Source: Candidatus Thermosaccharophagus gerlachensis (GTDB taxonomy: Bacteria; Armatimonadota; Fervidibacteria; Fervidibacterales; Thermosaccharophagaceae). Taken from it: DNA of 64,000 nucleotides. Numbering within the stretch: position 1 is the first letter of the stretch; each line of letters opens with the position of its first letter. Positions 41,395-51,739 of this stretch are shown here, piece after piece. The notes below the pieces were generated by a model. It saw only the letters and a list, made by a program, of their open reading frames with translations, made no database searches and was not told the origin of the DNA. The stretch covers positions 1,891-65,890 of the forward strand of contig JBGOEV010000007.1 of assembly GCA_041538025.1 (NCBI GenBank), given 5' to 3'. The position numbers and the translations under genes were made by a program.

Positions 41395-43143
41395 ATGAGA
41401 GCTTCCCAATTATTCTTCACAACATTGCGTGAACCTCCAGCAGAAGCAGAACTTATAAGCCATAAGCTCTTAACGAGGGCTGGGTTTATAAGGAGGGTTG
41501 CAACTGGTGTTTATGCATATCTCCCTTTAGGTTATCGCTCGCTTCACAAGATCGCCATGATAGTGCGAGAGGAGATGAACGCAATCGGTGCACAGGAGAC
41601 ACTCCTACCATCACTTCATCCAGTAGAGCTATGGGAAGAGACAGGTAGGCTTGAGGAATGTGGCGAGATACTTTTCAAACTGCGTGATAGACAGCAACGC
41701 TTACTTTGCCTTGGACCAACGCATGAGGAAGTTATAACTGACTTGGTAAGGAGAGATGTGCACTCATACAGGCAGTTACCAATTATCCTTTACCAAATAC
41801 AGGTCAAGTTCAGAGATGAGCCTCGCCCGAGAGGTGGATTGATGCGTGCAAGGGAGTTCACAATGAAGGACGCTTATTCGTTTGATAAGGACGAGGAAGG
41901 GCTTGAACGAAGTTATAGGGCGATGATAAAAGCATACACGCGCATTTTCTACAGATGCGGTTTGAAAACCATACCTGTCGAAGCTGAAGCTGGTGTTATA
42001 GGTGGAACTGAGAACCTTGAGTTCATGGTGCTCGCTGAAAGCGGTGAGGACAAGATTTTGATATGCGATGAGTGCGGTTATGCAGCTAACAGAGAAAGAG
42101 CTGAAAGGAGAAAGCCGTTTAGTGAGCAATATCCACCACATTCATATGACGAGATGCTCCCGATGAGCAAGGTGTTTACGCCGAACCAAAAGACTGTTGC
42201 ACAAGTCACAAGCTATCTTCATGTCCCGCCAGAAAAACTCGTTAAGACGCTCATATACATCGCTGACGGGAAGCCAGTAGCTGTCCTTGTGCGTGGCGAT
42301 GCTGAATTGAATGAGGCTAAGCTAAAGAAACACATTGGTGCTTCAAAGCTGCGGATGGCAGAACCAGACGAAGTGATGAGCCTAACGAAAGCCGATGTTG
42401 GATACGCAGGTCCAGTCGGACTGAGTGATGTCGAAATAGTGGCTGACTATGACATAGCGCAAATGTCAAACTTTGTTACGGGGGCAAACGAAGACAACTA
42501 CCACCTCATCAATGTCAACTGGGGGAGGGATTTCCCCGTTAGCCAATTCGCTGACATTCGTTTCGCGAAGGAGAACGACGCTTGCCCAAGATGTGCACAC
42601 GGTGTCCTCAGACTCAAAAACTGCATTGAGGTCGGACATGTCTTCAAGCTCGGAACAAAGTATAGCGATGCAATGAGAGCAACTTTCGTTGATGAGGACG
42701 GATGCGAGAAACCTTTCGTAATGGGCTGTTACGGTATAGGCGTTAGCAGGATACTCGCTGCTGTGGTTGAGGTAAGCCATGATGAGGACGGGATCATCTT
42801 CCCGATAACTGTTGCACCATATGAAGTGTGGCTTATACCTGTGGACATGAGCGACAGCGAGATAAGAGGTGCTGCAGAAAACATTTACACCAGATTAAAT
42901 CGCGCAGGAATTGAAGTTGTAATTGACGATAGGGACGAGAGGGCAGGCGTGAAGTTCAAAGATGCCGATTTGATAGGTATTCCAATTCAGGTTGTTATCG
43001 GCAAGAGCTACAAGAACTCCAAAGAGGTGGAAGTAAGGTTGCGAAGGGATAGGAAACCGTTGCTTGTGCATGAGGACGAAGTTATAGACTTCATCGACCA
43101 CTTGCGTAAAACACTTTATGAGGAGCTAACACCAAAGGAATGA
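41395..43143 (+). CDS. proS: prolyl-tRNA synthetase (bacterial type with editing insertion)
   Basis: MRASQLFFTTLREPPAEAELISHKLL N-terminus. ATG 41395 is better spaced from GGGGAGG than 41389. Confidence 0.9.
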   Translation: MRASQLFFTTLREPPAEAELISHKLLTRAGFIRRVATGVYAYLPLGYRSLHKIAMIVREEMNAIGAQETLLPSLHPVELWEETGRLEECGEILFKLRDRQQRLLCLGPTHEEVITDLVRRDVHSYRQLPIILYQIQVKFRDEPRPRGGLMRAREFTMKDAYSFDKDEEGLERSYRAMIKAYTRIFYRCGLKTIPVEAEAGVIGGTENLEFMVLAESGEDKILICDECGYAANRERAERRKPFSEQYPPHSYDEMLPMSKVFTPNQKTVAQVTSYLHVPPEKLVKTLIYIADGKPVAVLVRGDAELNEAKLKKHIGASKLRMAEPDEVMSLTKADVGYAGPVGLSDVEIVADYDIAQMSNFVTGANEDNYHLINVNWGRDFPVSQFADIRFAKENDACPRCAHGVLRLKNCIEVGHVFKLGTKYSDAMRATFVDEDGCEKPFVMGCYGIGVSRILAAVVEVSHDEDGIIFPITVAPYEVWLIPVDMSDSEIRGAAENIYTRLNRAGIEVVIDDRDERAGVKFKDADLIGIPIQVVIGKSYKNSKEVEVRLRRDRKPLLVHEDEVIDFIDHLRKTLYEELTPKE

Positions 43144-43184
43144 ATTGTTCACCACTTAAAGGTTGTGGACGGGGGTTGTAAATC

Positions 43185-43856
43185 GTGCTTCCGTCTGGCA
43201 TTGAAGTATTTCTAAGGCTTATCTTGACGATGATCTTATGCGCCCTTATCGGGGTGGAGAGGGAAGCGAGGGAAAGACCAGCTGGGCTTAGAACACATGT
43301 TCTTGTTGGGCTTGGTTCATGCCTTTTCATGATGGTCTCAATAGCAGTTGCTGTTCAGTCAGGTAACAGCAATGCTGACCCAGCGCGCATTGCAGCCAAT
43401 GTTGTTACTGGTATAGGCTTTTTGGGTGCTGGCACGATATGGCTTAGAGGAGATGTGATAAGGGGTTTGACAACGGCAGCAAGCATATGGGTTACAGCTG
43501 CGATAGGGCTTTGTGTCGGTATGGGTTGGTATATCCCTTCAGCAGTGACGACAGCGCTTGCATTTACTTCCCTTACACTCCTCAGGAAGGTTGAAAGGAA
43601 ATGGTTTGGAAAGGGCGATAGGTATTCAGCTACCATACGATGCGTGTATGAGCCAGAACAATTCGCGATTGATGAAATATTGCAAACGCTGATAAACCTG
43701 AGGGCTCACATAACAAGGATTGAGTTTGCAAGCTCCTCCGATGGCTCAACACGCACAACAAGTATTATCGCAACTTTCCCTCACGAAATAACCACCCTTG
43801 AGGTTGTAAGGACATTACAACGCCTTCCGTTCATGAGAGTTATTGAATGTGAGTAG
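43185..43856 (+). CDS. MgtC/SapB-family membrane protein
   Basis: CALIGVEREARERPAGLRTHVLVGLGSCLFMMVS signature, plus a C-terminal soluble domain. Confidence 0.8.
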   Translation: MLPSGIEVFLRLILTMILCALIGVEREARERPAGLRTHVLVGLGSCLFMMVSIAVAVQSGNSNADPARIAANVVTGIGFLGAGTIWLRGDVIRGLTTAASIWVTAAIGLCVGMGWYIPSAVTTALAFTSLTLLRKVERKWFGKGDRYSATIRCVYEPEQFAIDEILQTLINLRAHITRIEFASSSDGSTRTTSIIATFPHEITTLEVVRTLQRLPFMRVIECE

Positions 43857-43860
43857 CTTG

Positions 43861-44106
43861 CTATGGCAGCATCTTTTTCGTATAGCTCTCAAGCTCCTTC
43901 TTCAGTTCTTCATCCTGCAGTTCAATAAAGAGCTTGCGACTGTGTAGTTCCTTTAAAGCGGTTATGACAGGGTTTTCTTCAAGCGGTTGATTTGAAAAAG
44001 CAGCTTGCTCCAATATCTCACGAGCTCTTTTTGCAACCGCAAGCGTGCAAAGATACTTGTTGCGTATACCTAAAGAGGTAGCCCTAAAAACATCATCAAG
44101 CGCCAT
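43861..44106 (-). CDS. rpoZ: DNA-directed RNA polymerase subunit omega
   Basis: IRNKYLCTLAVAKRAREILE...NPVITALKELHSRKL matches the RpoZ core (NRY..v..aakRAr...kpv..AL.Ei). ATG 44106; the track start TTG is at 44112. Confidence 0.65.
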   Translation of the reverse strand: MALDDVFRATSLGIRNKYLCTLAVAKRAREILEQAAFSNQPLEENPVITALKELHSRKLFIELQDEELKKELESYTKKMLP

Positions 44107-44156
44107 GCGCAATCAACCCTCCTCAATTGTCCTAAGCCATATCACAGAGGCATTGC

Positions 44157-45752
44157 TTACTTCTCTTTTTCTTCCTCAGGCTTCTCGGCAATGAGTGCCT
44201 CTGTGTTAAGTATGAGTGTCGCTATGCTGACAGCATTTTCAAGGGCAGTGCGCACAACCTTCAAAGGGTCAATTATGCCAGATTTAACCATGTCAACAAA
44301 CTCTCCCCTCTCTGCATCAAAGCCTATATTGCCATCTCGGTTGCGCACTTCTTCAACTATGACAGTTCCATCATACCCAGCGTTTTCAGCTATCTGGCGA
44401 AGCGGTGCATCAAGAGAGTTAATAACGATGCGATAGCCAACCTTTTCATCCTCTGGTGCTTCAAATTCCATCTCTCTCAACTTGACTTGAGCTCTCACCA
44501 AAGCTACACCGCCACCTGGCAATATGCCCTCTTCAACAGCTGCCCTTGAAGCATTGAGGGCGTCCTCAAAACGATGCTTCTTCTCCTTCAACTCTGTCTC
44601 GGTCGGTGCTCCAACCTTTATAACTGCAACGCCACCAGCAAGTTTTGCCAACCTTTCTTCGAGCTTCTCACGGTCGTAATCGGACTCCGTCTCTTGGATC
44701 AGCTTCCTTATCTGCTCAATCCGTCCAGCTATAGCCTCCTTTGAGCCACCACCTTCAACTATCGTTGTTTTCTCACGCTCAACCACAACACGCTTAGCAG
44801 TGCCAAGGTCTCTTAGGTCTATATTCTCAAGCTTTATCCCCAGATCCTCACTGAAGAAGCGCCCACCCGTTAGGATAGCTATGTCTTCCATGATGGCTTT
44901 CCTACGTTCACCAAATGCTGGAGCTTTAACAGCACAGCACTGGAGCACTCCTCGGAGCTTATTCACAACGAGTGTAGCAAGCGCATCTCCTTCAACATTC
45001 TCAGCAATGATGAGCAACGGACGCCCAGCACGAGCAACCCTCTCAAGTAAAGGAACCAAGTCAAGCGCTGAGGTTATCTTCTTCTCATGCACAAGTATGA
45101 GTGGCTCCTCAAGCACGCATTGCATGTTCTCGGCATCGGTCACAAAGTAAGGGGAGATGTAACCCTTATCAAACTGCATCCCTTCAACAACCTCAACCGT
45201 GGTTTGTGTCCCTTTTGCTTCCTCAACTGTTATAACTCCATCCTTACCGACCTTATCCATCGCATCTGCTATGATGTTTCCTATCTCTGGGTCGTTGCCA
45301 GCTATAGTTGCAACATGCTTTATCTCTTCTTTTGTCTCAACATCAATCGCCATGCTTTTAAGATGCTCAACGACATCTCTCAAAGCTCTCTCCATCCCCT
45401 TCTTCAGGAATATCGGATTCACACCAGCAGCAACTGCCTTCATCCCTTCCTTGAGCATCGCGTATGCTAACACTGTAGCTGTAGTTGTTCCATCGCCTGC
45501 AACATCGTTTGTCTTTGACGCAACCTCACGCATCAACTGCGCACCCATGTTCTCAAATTTGTCCTCAAGTTCTATTTCCTTCGCGACTGTCACTCCGTCC
45601 TTGCTCACTGATGGTGAACCCCATTTCTTGTCAAGCACTACATTGCGTCCCCTTGGTCCGAGTGTCACTGCTACTGCCTCAGCAACAGCTTTCGCACCAC
45701 GAAAGAGTGCCTGCCTCGCTTGATCGCTAAAAATGAGTTGCTTTGCTGCCAT
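44157..45752 (-). CDS. groL: chaperonin GroEL
   Basis: [14 protein letters not shown]... and [19 protein letters not shown] 45752 follows GGGGGTGA. Confidence 0.95.
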   Translation of the reverse strand: MAAKQLIFSDQARQALFRGAKAVAEAVAVTLGPRGRNVVLDKKWGSPSVSKDGVTVAKEIELEDKFENMGAQLMREVASKTNDVAGDGTTTATVLAYAMLKEGMKAVAAGVNPIFLKKGMERALRDVVEHLKSMAIDVETKEEIKHVATIAGNDPEIGNIIADAMDKVGKDGVITVEEAKGTQTTVEVVEGMQFDKGYISPYFVTDAENMQCVLEEPLILVHEKKITSALDLVPLLERVARAGRPLLIIAENVEGDALATLVVNKLRGVLQCCAVKAPAFGERRKAIMEDIAILTGGRFFSEDLGIKLENIDLRDLGTAKRVVVEREKTTIVEGGGSKEAIAGRIEQIRKLIQETESDYDREKLEERLAKLAGGVAVIKVGAPTETELKEKKHRFEDALNASRAAVEEGILPGGGVALVRAQVKLREMEFEAPEDEKVGYRIVINSLDAPLRQIAENAGYDGTVIVEEVRNRDGNIGFDAERGEFVDMVKSGIIDPLKVVRTALENAVSIATLILNTEALIAEKPEEEKEK

Positions 45753-45855
45753 CACTAAATCACCCCCATTGTGATGTCATTGCCATGTTATGGAATGAAG
45801 CAAGTATCGGGAAGCTTAAGGGGATTTGAGCGCAATTCATATGTAGGCGCAGGTG

Positions 45856-46146
45856 TCACTCCTCAATGACGGCATAGATGTCATCGGCACTCAAGATTAC
45901 GTGTTTTTCTCCGTTCAGTTTTATTTCAGTGCCAGCATACTTTGAGAAGATAACTTTGTCGCCAACTTTTACGCTAATCGGTATGACCTTGCCCTCGTCG
46001 GTCAGCTTGCCATCACCGACAGCCACAACAACGCCACGCTGTGGCTTCTCCTTCGCTGTGTCAGGCAAGTAGATCCCACCCGCTGTTTTCTCCTCCTCTT
46101 CCTCAACCTTGATGAGCACCTTATCACGCAACGGCTTTATCTTCAT
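45856..46146 (-). CDS. groS: co-chaperonin GroES
   Basis: [32 protein letters not shown] 46146 follows AAGGAGGTGA. Confidence 0.95.
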   Translation of the reverse strand: MKIKPLRDKVLIKVEEEEEKTAGGIYLPDTAKEKPQRGVVVAVGDGKLTDEGKVIPISVKVGDKVIFSKYAGTEIKLNGEKHVILSADDIYAVIEE

Positions 46147-46274
46147 CACAGCTCACCTCCTTAGAGTGATCTACCTGCGTCAGCGAGCTGCTTTGACATA
46201 CTCTAACCTTCGTTGAGACTGAAAGGAATCAATTCACTGTGGAGGGTATGACGAGTGTAACTGCCACTTTAATT

Positions 46275-46303
46275 ATAATGCTGCGTTTGCACCAAATTGT
46301 AAA
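46275..46303 (-). promoter_or_regulatory. candidate groESL promoter
   Basis: Minus-strand TTTACA (46303-46298)-N17-CATTAT (46280-46275), with an overlapping TATAAT 3 nt downstream. It has the same -35 hexamer as the three rRNA promoters. Confidence 0.4.
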
Positions 46304-46459
46304 GTGAAGCTACAACACAAGGTGTCTTAATGAACGAGCATGCAACTCTGTTGAGGATAAGGGGTCACAAGGTGGCTGAACATGATGAGTTAGAATGATG
46401 TCAAACTGGTAATTGGCGCAACGCACATCAAACCCACAGCCATAAGGAGTTGAAAAGCG

Positions 46460-48187
46460 ATGCAAAATGAGAAGGTCGCTGAGATGCTTGAAGAACTTGG
46501 TGACCTTAAGGAAATAATTGGGGAGAACCCTTTCAAAGTGCGTGCTTATAGAAGGGCTGCAGAAGCCATAAGGCGATTAAGCACTCCAATAGAGGAGATA
46601 GTAAAGAAGGGGAAGCTGAGCGAGATAGAAGGCATTGGCACGAGCTTGGCTACGAAAATAACCGAGTTTGTTAAAACGGGGAAGGTGAAGGAGCTTGAAG
46701 AACTGCGTGCCAAAGTCCCACCGTCACTAAGAGCGTTTTTAGAGATACCAGATATGGGACCAAGGACAGCATGGCTTGTCTATGAACGCCTCGGGATAAC
46801 TACGATTGAAGAACTTGAGAAGGCTGCAAGGGAAGGCAAGTTGCGCCACTTGCCCGGGATGGGTCCAAAAAAGGAAGAAAACATACTTCGTGGGATACAA
46901 CTGCTCAGAACAACTGCTCAAAGGTTTCGCTTGGATGTAGCATGGAAGACTGCCGACTACATCGTGAGCGAACTGAAGCAACTGCCCGAAGCCAAGTTGA
47001 TACTGCCAGCTGGGAGCCTGCGTAGGATGAAGGAAACAATCGGTGATGTGGACATACTCGTTGCAACAACAAACCCAGAACCTGTGATGGATAAGTTCGT
47101 TAGCTTGGAAGGCATAAGGGATGTGCTCGCCAAGGGAACAACAAAATCAAGTGTGCTGTTTGAGCACGGTCTTCAGGTTGATGTTAGAGCTGTGCCACCT
47201 GAATCGTTTGGAGCAGCTGCTCAATACTTCACTGGTTCAAAAGACCATAACATCTTGCTTCGCGAGCGCGGGATAAAGCTCGGCTTAAAGATAAACGAGT
47301 ATGGTGTCTTCAAGGAACCCGCAGATGAGAAAATAGCAGGGGAGACGGAAGAGGGGGTGTATCAAGCTCTTGGTCTTGTGTGGATACCACCAGAGTTGCG
47401 TGAGAATAGAGGTGAGATTGAAGCAGCGGAAAGAAACGCTATACCAACGCTTGTTGAGCTATCCGACATAAAGGGAGATCTACACGTTCATTCAAACTGG
47501 AGTGACGGTGCAGAAGCGATTGAAACGCTCGCTGAGGCAGCATTACAGCTTGGCTACGAATACATCGCTATAACAGACCACTCACCACCGATGGGTTGGG
47601 GTGTAAAACCTGAGGACTTCAAGCGCCAGATAGATTACATAAGAAAGTTGAACGAGCGCATCAACGAAATAACTATATTGACTGGCGTTGAGGTTGATAT
47701 ACTGCCAGATGGTTCGCTCGCTTTGGAAGATGAGTTGCTTAAAGAATTTGATGTAGTGATAGCAGCTGTGCATTCGCAAATGAGGATGCCCAAGGAGAAG
47801 ATGACCGAGCGCATACTGCGTGCCATGGAAAACAAGTTCGTGCATATAGTAGCGCATCCAACTGGCAGGTTGATAGGGCAAAGGGAACCGTATGAGGTTA
47901 ACATTGAACTCATCGTCAAGAGAGCTGCAGAAGAAGGGGTTGCACTTGAGATAAATGCAAGCCCAGAAAGGTTAGACTTGAAAGACGAGCATGCGCGCAT
48001 GTGCAAAGAGCACGGTGTTCCAGTGGCGATTGGAACAGATGCACACGCTATAGTCCACCTTGAGTTCATGCGATATGGCGTGGGAACAGCAAGGCGTGGA
48101 TGGCTTGAACCAAATGATGTCATAAACACTTTCCAGTTGAAGAAGCTCCTTAGGTTCCTAAAGCAACGCCGAACTGGGGGGCTTTGA
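46460..48187 (+). CDS. polX: family X DNA polymerase with C-terminal PHP domain (PolX)
   Basis: HhH motifs (GIGTSLATKI, PGMGPKKEENI), a pol-beta-like core GSLRRMKETIGDVDILV, and a PHP domain DLHVHSNWSDG. Confidence 0.9.
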   Translation: MQNEKVAEMLEELGDLKEIIGENPFKVRAYRRAAEAIRRLSTPIEEIVKKGKLSEIEGIGTSLATKITEFVKTGKVKELEELRAKVPPSLRAFLEIPDMGPRTAWLVYERLGITTIEELEKAAREGKLRHLPGMGPKKEENILRGIQLLRTTAQRFRLDVAWKTADYIVSELKQLPEAKLILPAGSLRRMKETIGDVDILVATTNPEPVMDKFVSLEGIRDVLAKGTTKSSVLFEHGLQVDVRAVPPESFGAAAQYFTGSKDHNILLRERGIKLGLKINEYGVFKEPADEKIAGETEEGVYQALGLVWIPPELRENRGEIEAAERNAIPTLVELSDIKGDLHVHSNWSDGAEAIETLAEAALQLGYEYIAITDHSPPMGWGVKPEDFKRQIDYIRKLNERINEITILTGVEVDILPDGSLALEDELLKEFDVVIAAVHSQMRMPKEKMTERILRAMENKFVHIVAHPTGRLIGQREPYEVNIELIVKRAAEEGVALEINASPERLDLKDEHARMCKEHGVPVAIGTDAHAIVHLEFMRYGVGTARRGWLEPNDVINTFQLKKLLRFLKQRRTGGL

Positions 48188-48203
48188 TGAGGAGGGATAT
48201 GGT

Positions 48204-49136
48204 GTGAGGGAACACAGGGATTTCCTTTCGGTGACTGATTTGAAGCCGAGCGAAGTTGAGGTGCTCTTTGAATGGGCAGGTGAATATAAATCGGGCGCTG
48301 TTAGAAAGAGGCTACGGGAGACATTATTACATAGCTCAGTTGCACTGCTGTTTGAGAAACCGTCACTTAGGACAAGGGTAACATTTGAGCTTGCTGTAAG
48401 ACATCTTGGTGGGCATCCTGTGGTATTGACGCAAGCCGAAGTTGGGCTTGGGACAAGGGAAGCAGTAAAGGACATAGCAAGGAACCTCGCAAGGTGGGTA
48501 GATATCATCGTGGCTCGCGTTCATAGGCACAAGACGCTGGAGGAGATGGCAGAATGGGCTGATGTGCCCGTCATAAACGCTCTCTCTGACATTGAGCACC
48601 CATGCCAAGCTCTGGCAGACCTCTTCACGCTCAAAGAACACTTTGGTGATGTGAAGGGGAAGCACTTGGTCTTCATCGGCGATGGGTTCAATGTCGCTCA
48701 TTCCCTCCTTCTGCTCTCGGCAATGCTTGGGGTTAACATATCGGTCATCACACCCAAGGGGTATGAACCAAGGGAAGAAATTGTTCAACACGCAATCAAC
48801 ATAGCTCAAAGAACTGGTTCAAAGGTGACTATCGGAAACGATCCACATGAGGCTGTGAAAAGCGCCGACGCAATTTACACGGATGTGTGGGTGAGCATGG
48901 GGCAAGAGGATGAAGCGGAAAAGAGAAGGGTTGATTTCGCACCATACCAAGTCAATGAGAAGATGCTTGAATTAGCTCCATCTCATGCCGTTGTAATGCA
49001 TTGTCTCCCAGCACACAGAGGTGAAGAGATAACAGATGAAGTTTTGGACTCGCAAAGGTGCGTCGCTTTTGAGCAAGCCGAAAACAGGCTACACACGCAG
49101 AAGGCTTTGCTTTCACTCATAATACAAGGAAGCTAA
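48204..49136 (+). CDS. argF: ornithine carbamoyltransferase
   Basis: Motifs SLRTRVTFE, HPCQALAD and HCLPAHRGEE. Confidence 0.9.
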   Translation: MREHRDFLSVTDLKPSEVEVLFEWAGEYKSGAVRKRLRETLLHSSVALLFEKPSLRTRVTFELAVRHLGGHPVVLTQAEVGLGTREAVKDIARNLARWVDIIVARVHRHKTLEEMAEWADVPVINALSDIEHPCQALADLFTLKEHFGDVKGKHLVFIGDGFNVAHSLLLLSAMLGVNISVITPKGYEPREEIVQHAINIAQRTGSKVTIGNDPHEAVKSADAIYTDVWVSMGQEDEAEKRRVDFAPYQVNEKMLELAPSHAVVMHCLPAHRGEEITDEVLDSQRCVAFEQAENRLHTQKALLSLIIQGS

Positions 49137-49193
49137 AAGCTTTGTCATGGTGCTTGATGTTTTTCAGCTTTGCTTCAAAAGGTGAATTAAACG

Positions 49194-49685
49194 ATGCAAA
49201 CCGAGGGCACAGAGCTACGCACATTCAAATACCGAAAGTATGCAAGTGGATGGGCAGTTTTGCTTTTCATCGTGTGGGTATTTGGCGTCGTGACACATGT
49301 AGCCATAATGTGGTTCCCATTTGAGAACCCGATGACTGTAAAGGGTATGCTTGCGTTGCTGTTTGCATCTTTCGGGTTTGGTATCTACTGCTCGTATCTC
49401 GTTATAGTCAACATGACGGCGGTCATCTTGCTCGATAGAAATGGCATCACATACCGAGATAGGTATGTGAAAGTGAGTTTGAAGTGGGAAGATGTTTGTG
49501 AGATGACGATGCGATGGGTTAAGGACTCCACTGGAAAAGCGATTTACTTCAAACTCGGCATGCACGCTATCGAGGGTTGGAAAGAACTACAGCAACTTAT
49601 TATTGAACGAGCTTCCTTGAAAGAGGTTGTGAGGCGGAAATTACTCTTCATTGGGGAAGCTATAGTGCATGCTAAGCGCCCTTAG
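49194..49685 (+). CDS. hypothetical membrane protein (2 TM plus a PH-like cytoplasmic domain)
   Basis: Two hydrophobic helices followed by LLDRNGITYRDRYVKVSLKWEDV..., a bacterial-PH-like pattern. Confidence 0.5.
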   Translation: MQTEGTELRTFKYRKYASGWAVLLFIVWVFGVVTHVAIMWFPFENPMTVKGMLALLFASFGFGIYCSYLVIVNMTAVILLDRNGITYRDRYVKVSLKWEDVCEMTMRWVKDSTGKAIYFKLGMHAIEGWKELQQLIIERASLKEVVRRKLLFIGEAIVHAKRP

Positions 49686-50121
49686 ACTTCTCGCCCCTCT
49701 TTGCCATCTCCCTCTCCAGCAAGCGTGATGCATGCTTTGTCTTTGAACTGTTTGGTGCTATCCGTTCCATATTTGAGAGAGCGTTCCTTGCTGCTTCAAG
49801 GTTGCCCAAAGCGACATACGCCCTGACAAGCTGGAAATGCGCGTCCAAGAACGATGGCTCAAGCTGGATGACCTTTTCAAGCGCCTGCACTGCAGCGCCA
49901 AACCTGCCAAGCATTATGAAGGCGAGAGCAAGGTTGTAGTGAGCCGTTGCATCTTCTGGGTATTCCCTCAAGCGATTTTTAAACTGCTCAACCATCTCTA
50001 AGATAGCCGGGTTTTCTTCCTCTGGTCCTGCTATGCTTGCCCCGCATACATGGCAGAAGCGAGCATCATCTGCAACGGCAGCACCACATACTTTGCAAAC
50101 CCGTTCCTTAGAACGGCTCAC
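49672..50121 (-). CDS. zinc-ribbon / TPR-repeat protein
   Basis: CKVCGAAVADDARFCHVCG zinc ribbon followed by TPR-like helices (AHYNLALAFIMLGRFGAAVQALEKVIQLEP...). Confidence 0.6.
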   Translation of the reverse strand: MSRSKERVCKVCGAAVADDARFCHVCGASIAGPEEENPAILEMVEQFKNRLREYPEDATAHYNLALAFIMLGRFGAAVQALEKVIQLEPSFLDAHFQLVRAYVALGNLEAARNALSNMERIAPNSSKTKHASRLLEREMAKRGEKSKGA

Positions 50122-50244
50122 GGGAACTCACCCCTGATACAATGTGCTATTGTGTGCCATACTACACTATACAGGCTTCGTTTATGAAGTGTTTTAATGC
50201 TCTCAAGCTGTGTCCCATGTTTAAAACACTTACGCAGATGAGCG

Positions 50245-51117
50245 ATGGAGATGGAGGCGCAATTAAAGCTTGAAAGGGATAAAGTGCAAAGCATAATTGA
50301 AACAGCGCTTCGTGAGGACATAGGTGATAGCGACATAACAACAAATGCCGTAGTTGATGAGTGCTTGATTGGCACCGGTCTTATCCTTGCAAAAGAGGCT
50401 GGTGTCATAGCTGGTTTGCCGGTGGCTAAATGGGTCTTTGAGACGCTTGATCAAAACATTGATTTTGAAATGCTGGTGAGAGATGGAGATAGGGTTAATG
50501 CCAACACACAAGTAGCACGCATACGCGGTAAACTACGAGCGATATTGATGGGTGAGAGGGTCGCTCTCAACTTCCTTCAACACCTTTCGGGTATAGCAAC
50601 GCTGACTGCGAAGTTCGTTGAACTTGCATCACCATATGGAGTTATCATAAAAGACACCCGCAAGACAACTCCATGCATTCGCTTACTTGAAAAGTATGCT
50701 GTAAGAGTTGGTGGTGGTTCAAACCATCGCTTCGGGCTTTACGAGAGTATCCTGATAAAGGACAACCACATACGCTCTGTTGGCAGTATAACAGAGGCGA
50801 TAAAACGAGCCAGAAAGATGTTCCCCGATGAGAAGATAGAGGTTGAGGCACATACCATTGATGATGTCCGTGAAGCTTTGCGAGCCGGTGCCGACATAAT
50901 CATGCTTGACAACATGGACGTTGAGACAATACGCGAGGCAGTGAAACTTATTGGTGACAAAGCTTTGATTGAAGCATCGGGAAACATCACACTTGAGAAT
51001 ATTCAACAAGTGGCTTCCTGCGGTGTTCATATGATCTCTGTTGGTGAGATAACGCACTCAGCAAAGGCGCTTGATATGTCTTTAGAAGTGGTCTCGGTTG
51101 AGCGCCACAGCAAATAG
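50245..51117 (+). CDS. nadC: nicotinate-nucleotide pyrophosphorylase (quinolinate phosphoribosyltransferase)
   Basis: IKDTRKTTPCIRLLEKYAVRVGGGSNHRFGLYESILIKDNH. Confidence 0.9.
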   Translation: MEMEAQLKLERDKVQSIIETALREDIGDSDITTNAVVDECLIGTGLILAKEAGVIAGLPVAKWVFETLDQNIDFEMLVRDGDRVNANTQVARIRGKLRAILMGERVALNFLQHLSGIATLTAKFVELASPYGVIIKDTRKTTPCIRLLEKYAVRVGGGSNHRFGLYESILIKDNHIRSVGSITEAIKRARKMFPDEKIEVEAHTIDDVREALRAGADIIMLDNMDVETIREAVKLIGDKALIEASGNITLENIQQVASCGVHMISVGEITHSAKALDMSLEVVSVERHSK

Positions 51118-51181
51118 GAGTGCTGAAGCTGAATGGGGAGAGTTATGTTTAAGCGCGTTATCATAATTTGTGGCTAAGTGT

Positions 51182-51269
51182 GCAGGGGTGCCCGAGCTGG
51201 CCAAAGGGGCGAGACTGTAAATCTCGTGGGCGCCGCCCTTCGGAGGTTCGAATCCTCCCCCCTGCACCA
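51182..51269 (+). tRNA. tRNA-Tyr (GUA), class II long variable arm, CCA encoded
   Basis: GCAGGGG...CGAGACTGTAAATCTCG...GGAGGTTCGAATCCTCCCCCCTGCACCA. Anticodon loop is CTGTAAA. Confidence 0.9.
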
Positions 51270-51277
51270 TCGGTTTC

Positions 51278-51350
51278 GCCCCCGTAGCTCAGAGGTAGAG
51301 CGCCTTCCTGGTAAGAAGGAGGTTCCCGGGTTCAATTCCCGGCGGGGGCT
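51278..51350 (+). tRNA. tRNA-Thr (GGU), CCA not encoded
   Basis: GCCCCCGTAGCTCAGAGGTAGAGCGCCTTCCTGGTAAGAAGGAGGTTCCCGGGTTCAATTCCCGGCGGGGGCT. Anticodon loop is CTGGTAA. Confidence 0.85.
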
Positions 51351-51411
51351 TCTTCACTTAATGCTACTATGATTCGTCGCTTTAGGTAAGCAACCTCGCG
51401 GAGGTGGCAGC

Positions 51412-51705
51412 ATGCGCTTAAGCCGTGAGGATGTGTTGCATGTCGCGTGGCTCGCACGCCTTGAGTTGGATGAAGAAGAGGTAGAGCGCTTCACATGGGA
51501 GCTTAACCAGATACTTGAGCACATGGAGAAACTTAAAGAACTTGATGTGACAGATGTTGAACCAACATCGCATGTGATACCGATGACAAATGTTTTTCGC
51601 CCCGACGTTGTTAATGAACCGCTCCCGAGGGATGAAGTCATCGCAAATGCTCCAGATGCAACTGAAGAAGCATTCAGAGTCCCAAGGATAGTTGAGGAGT
51701 CTTGA
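51412..51705 (+). CDS. gatC: Asp/Glu-tRNA amidotransferase subunit C
   Basis: 97 aa. VAWLARLELDEEEVERFTWELNQILEHMEKLKELD. Lies upstream of gatA. Confidence 0.9.
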   Translation: MRLSREDVLHVAWLARLELDEEEVERFTWELNQILEHMEKLKELDVTDVEPTSHVIPMTNVFRPDVVNEPLPRDEVIANAPDATEEAFRVPRIVEES

Positions 51706-51739
51706 GACACTGGCAACCCAACGCTTCTGGAGATGAGAG

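Noticed and set aside
51082-51372. ORFs 51082..51270 (-) and 51178..51372 (+)
   Set aside because: They overlap the tRNA-Tyr and tRNA-Thr genes.
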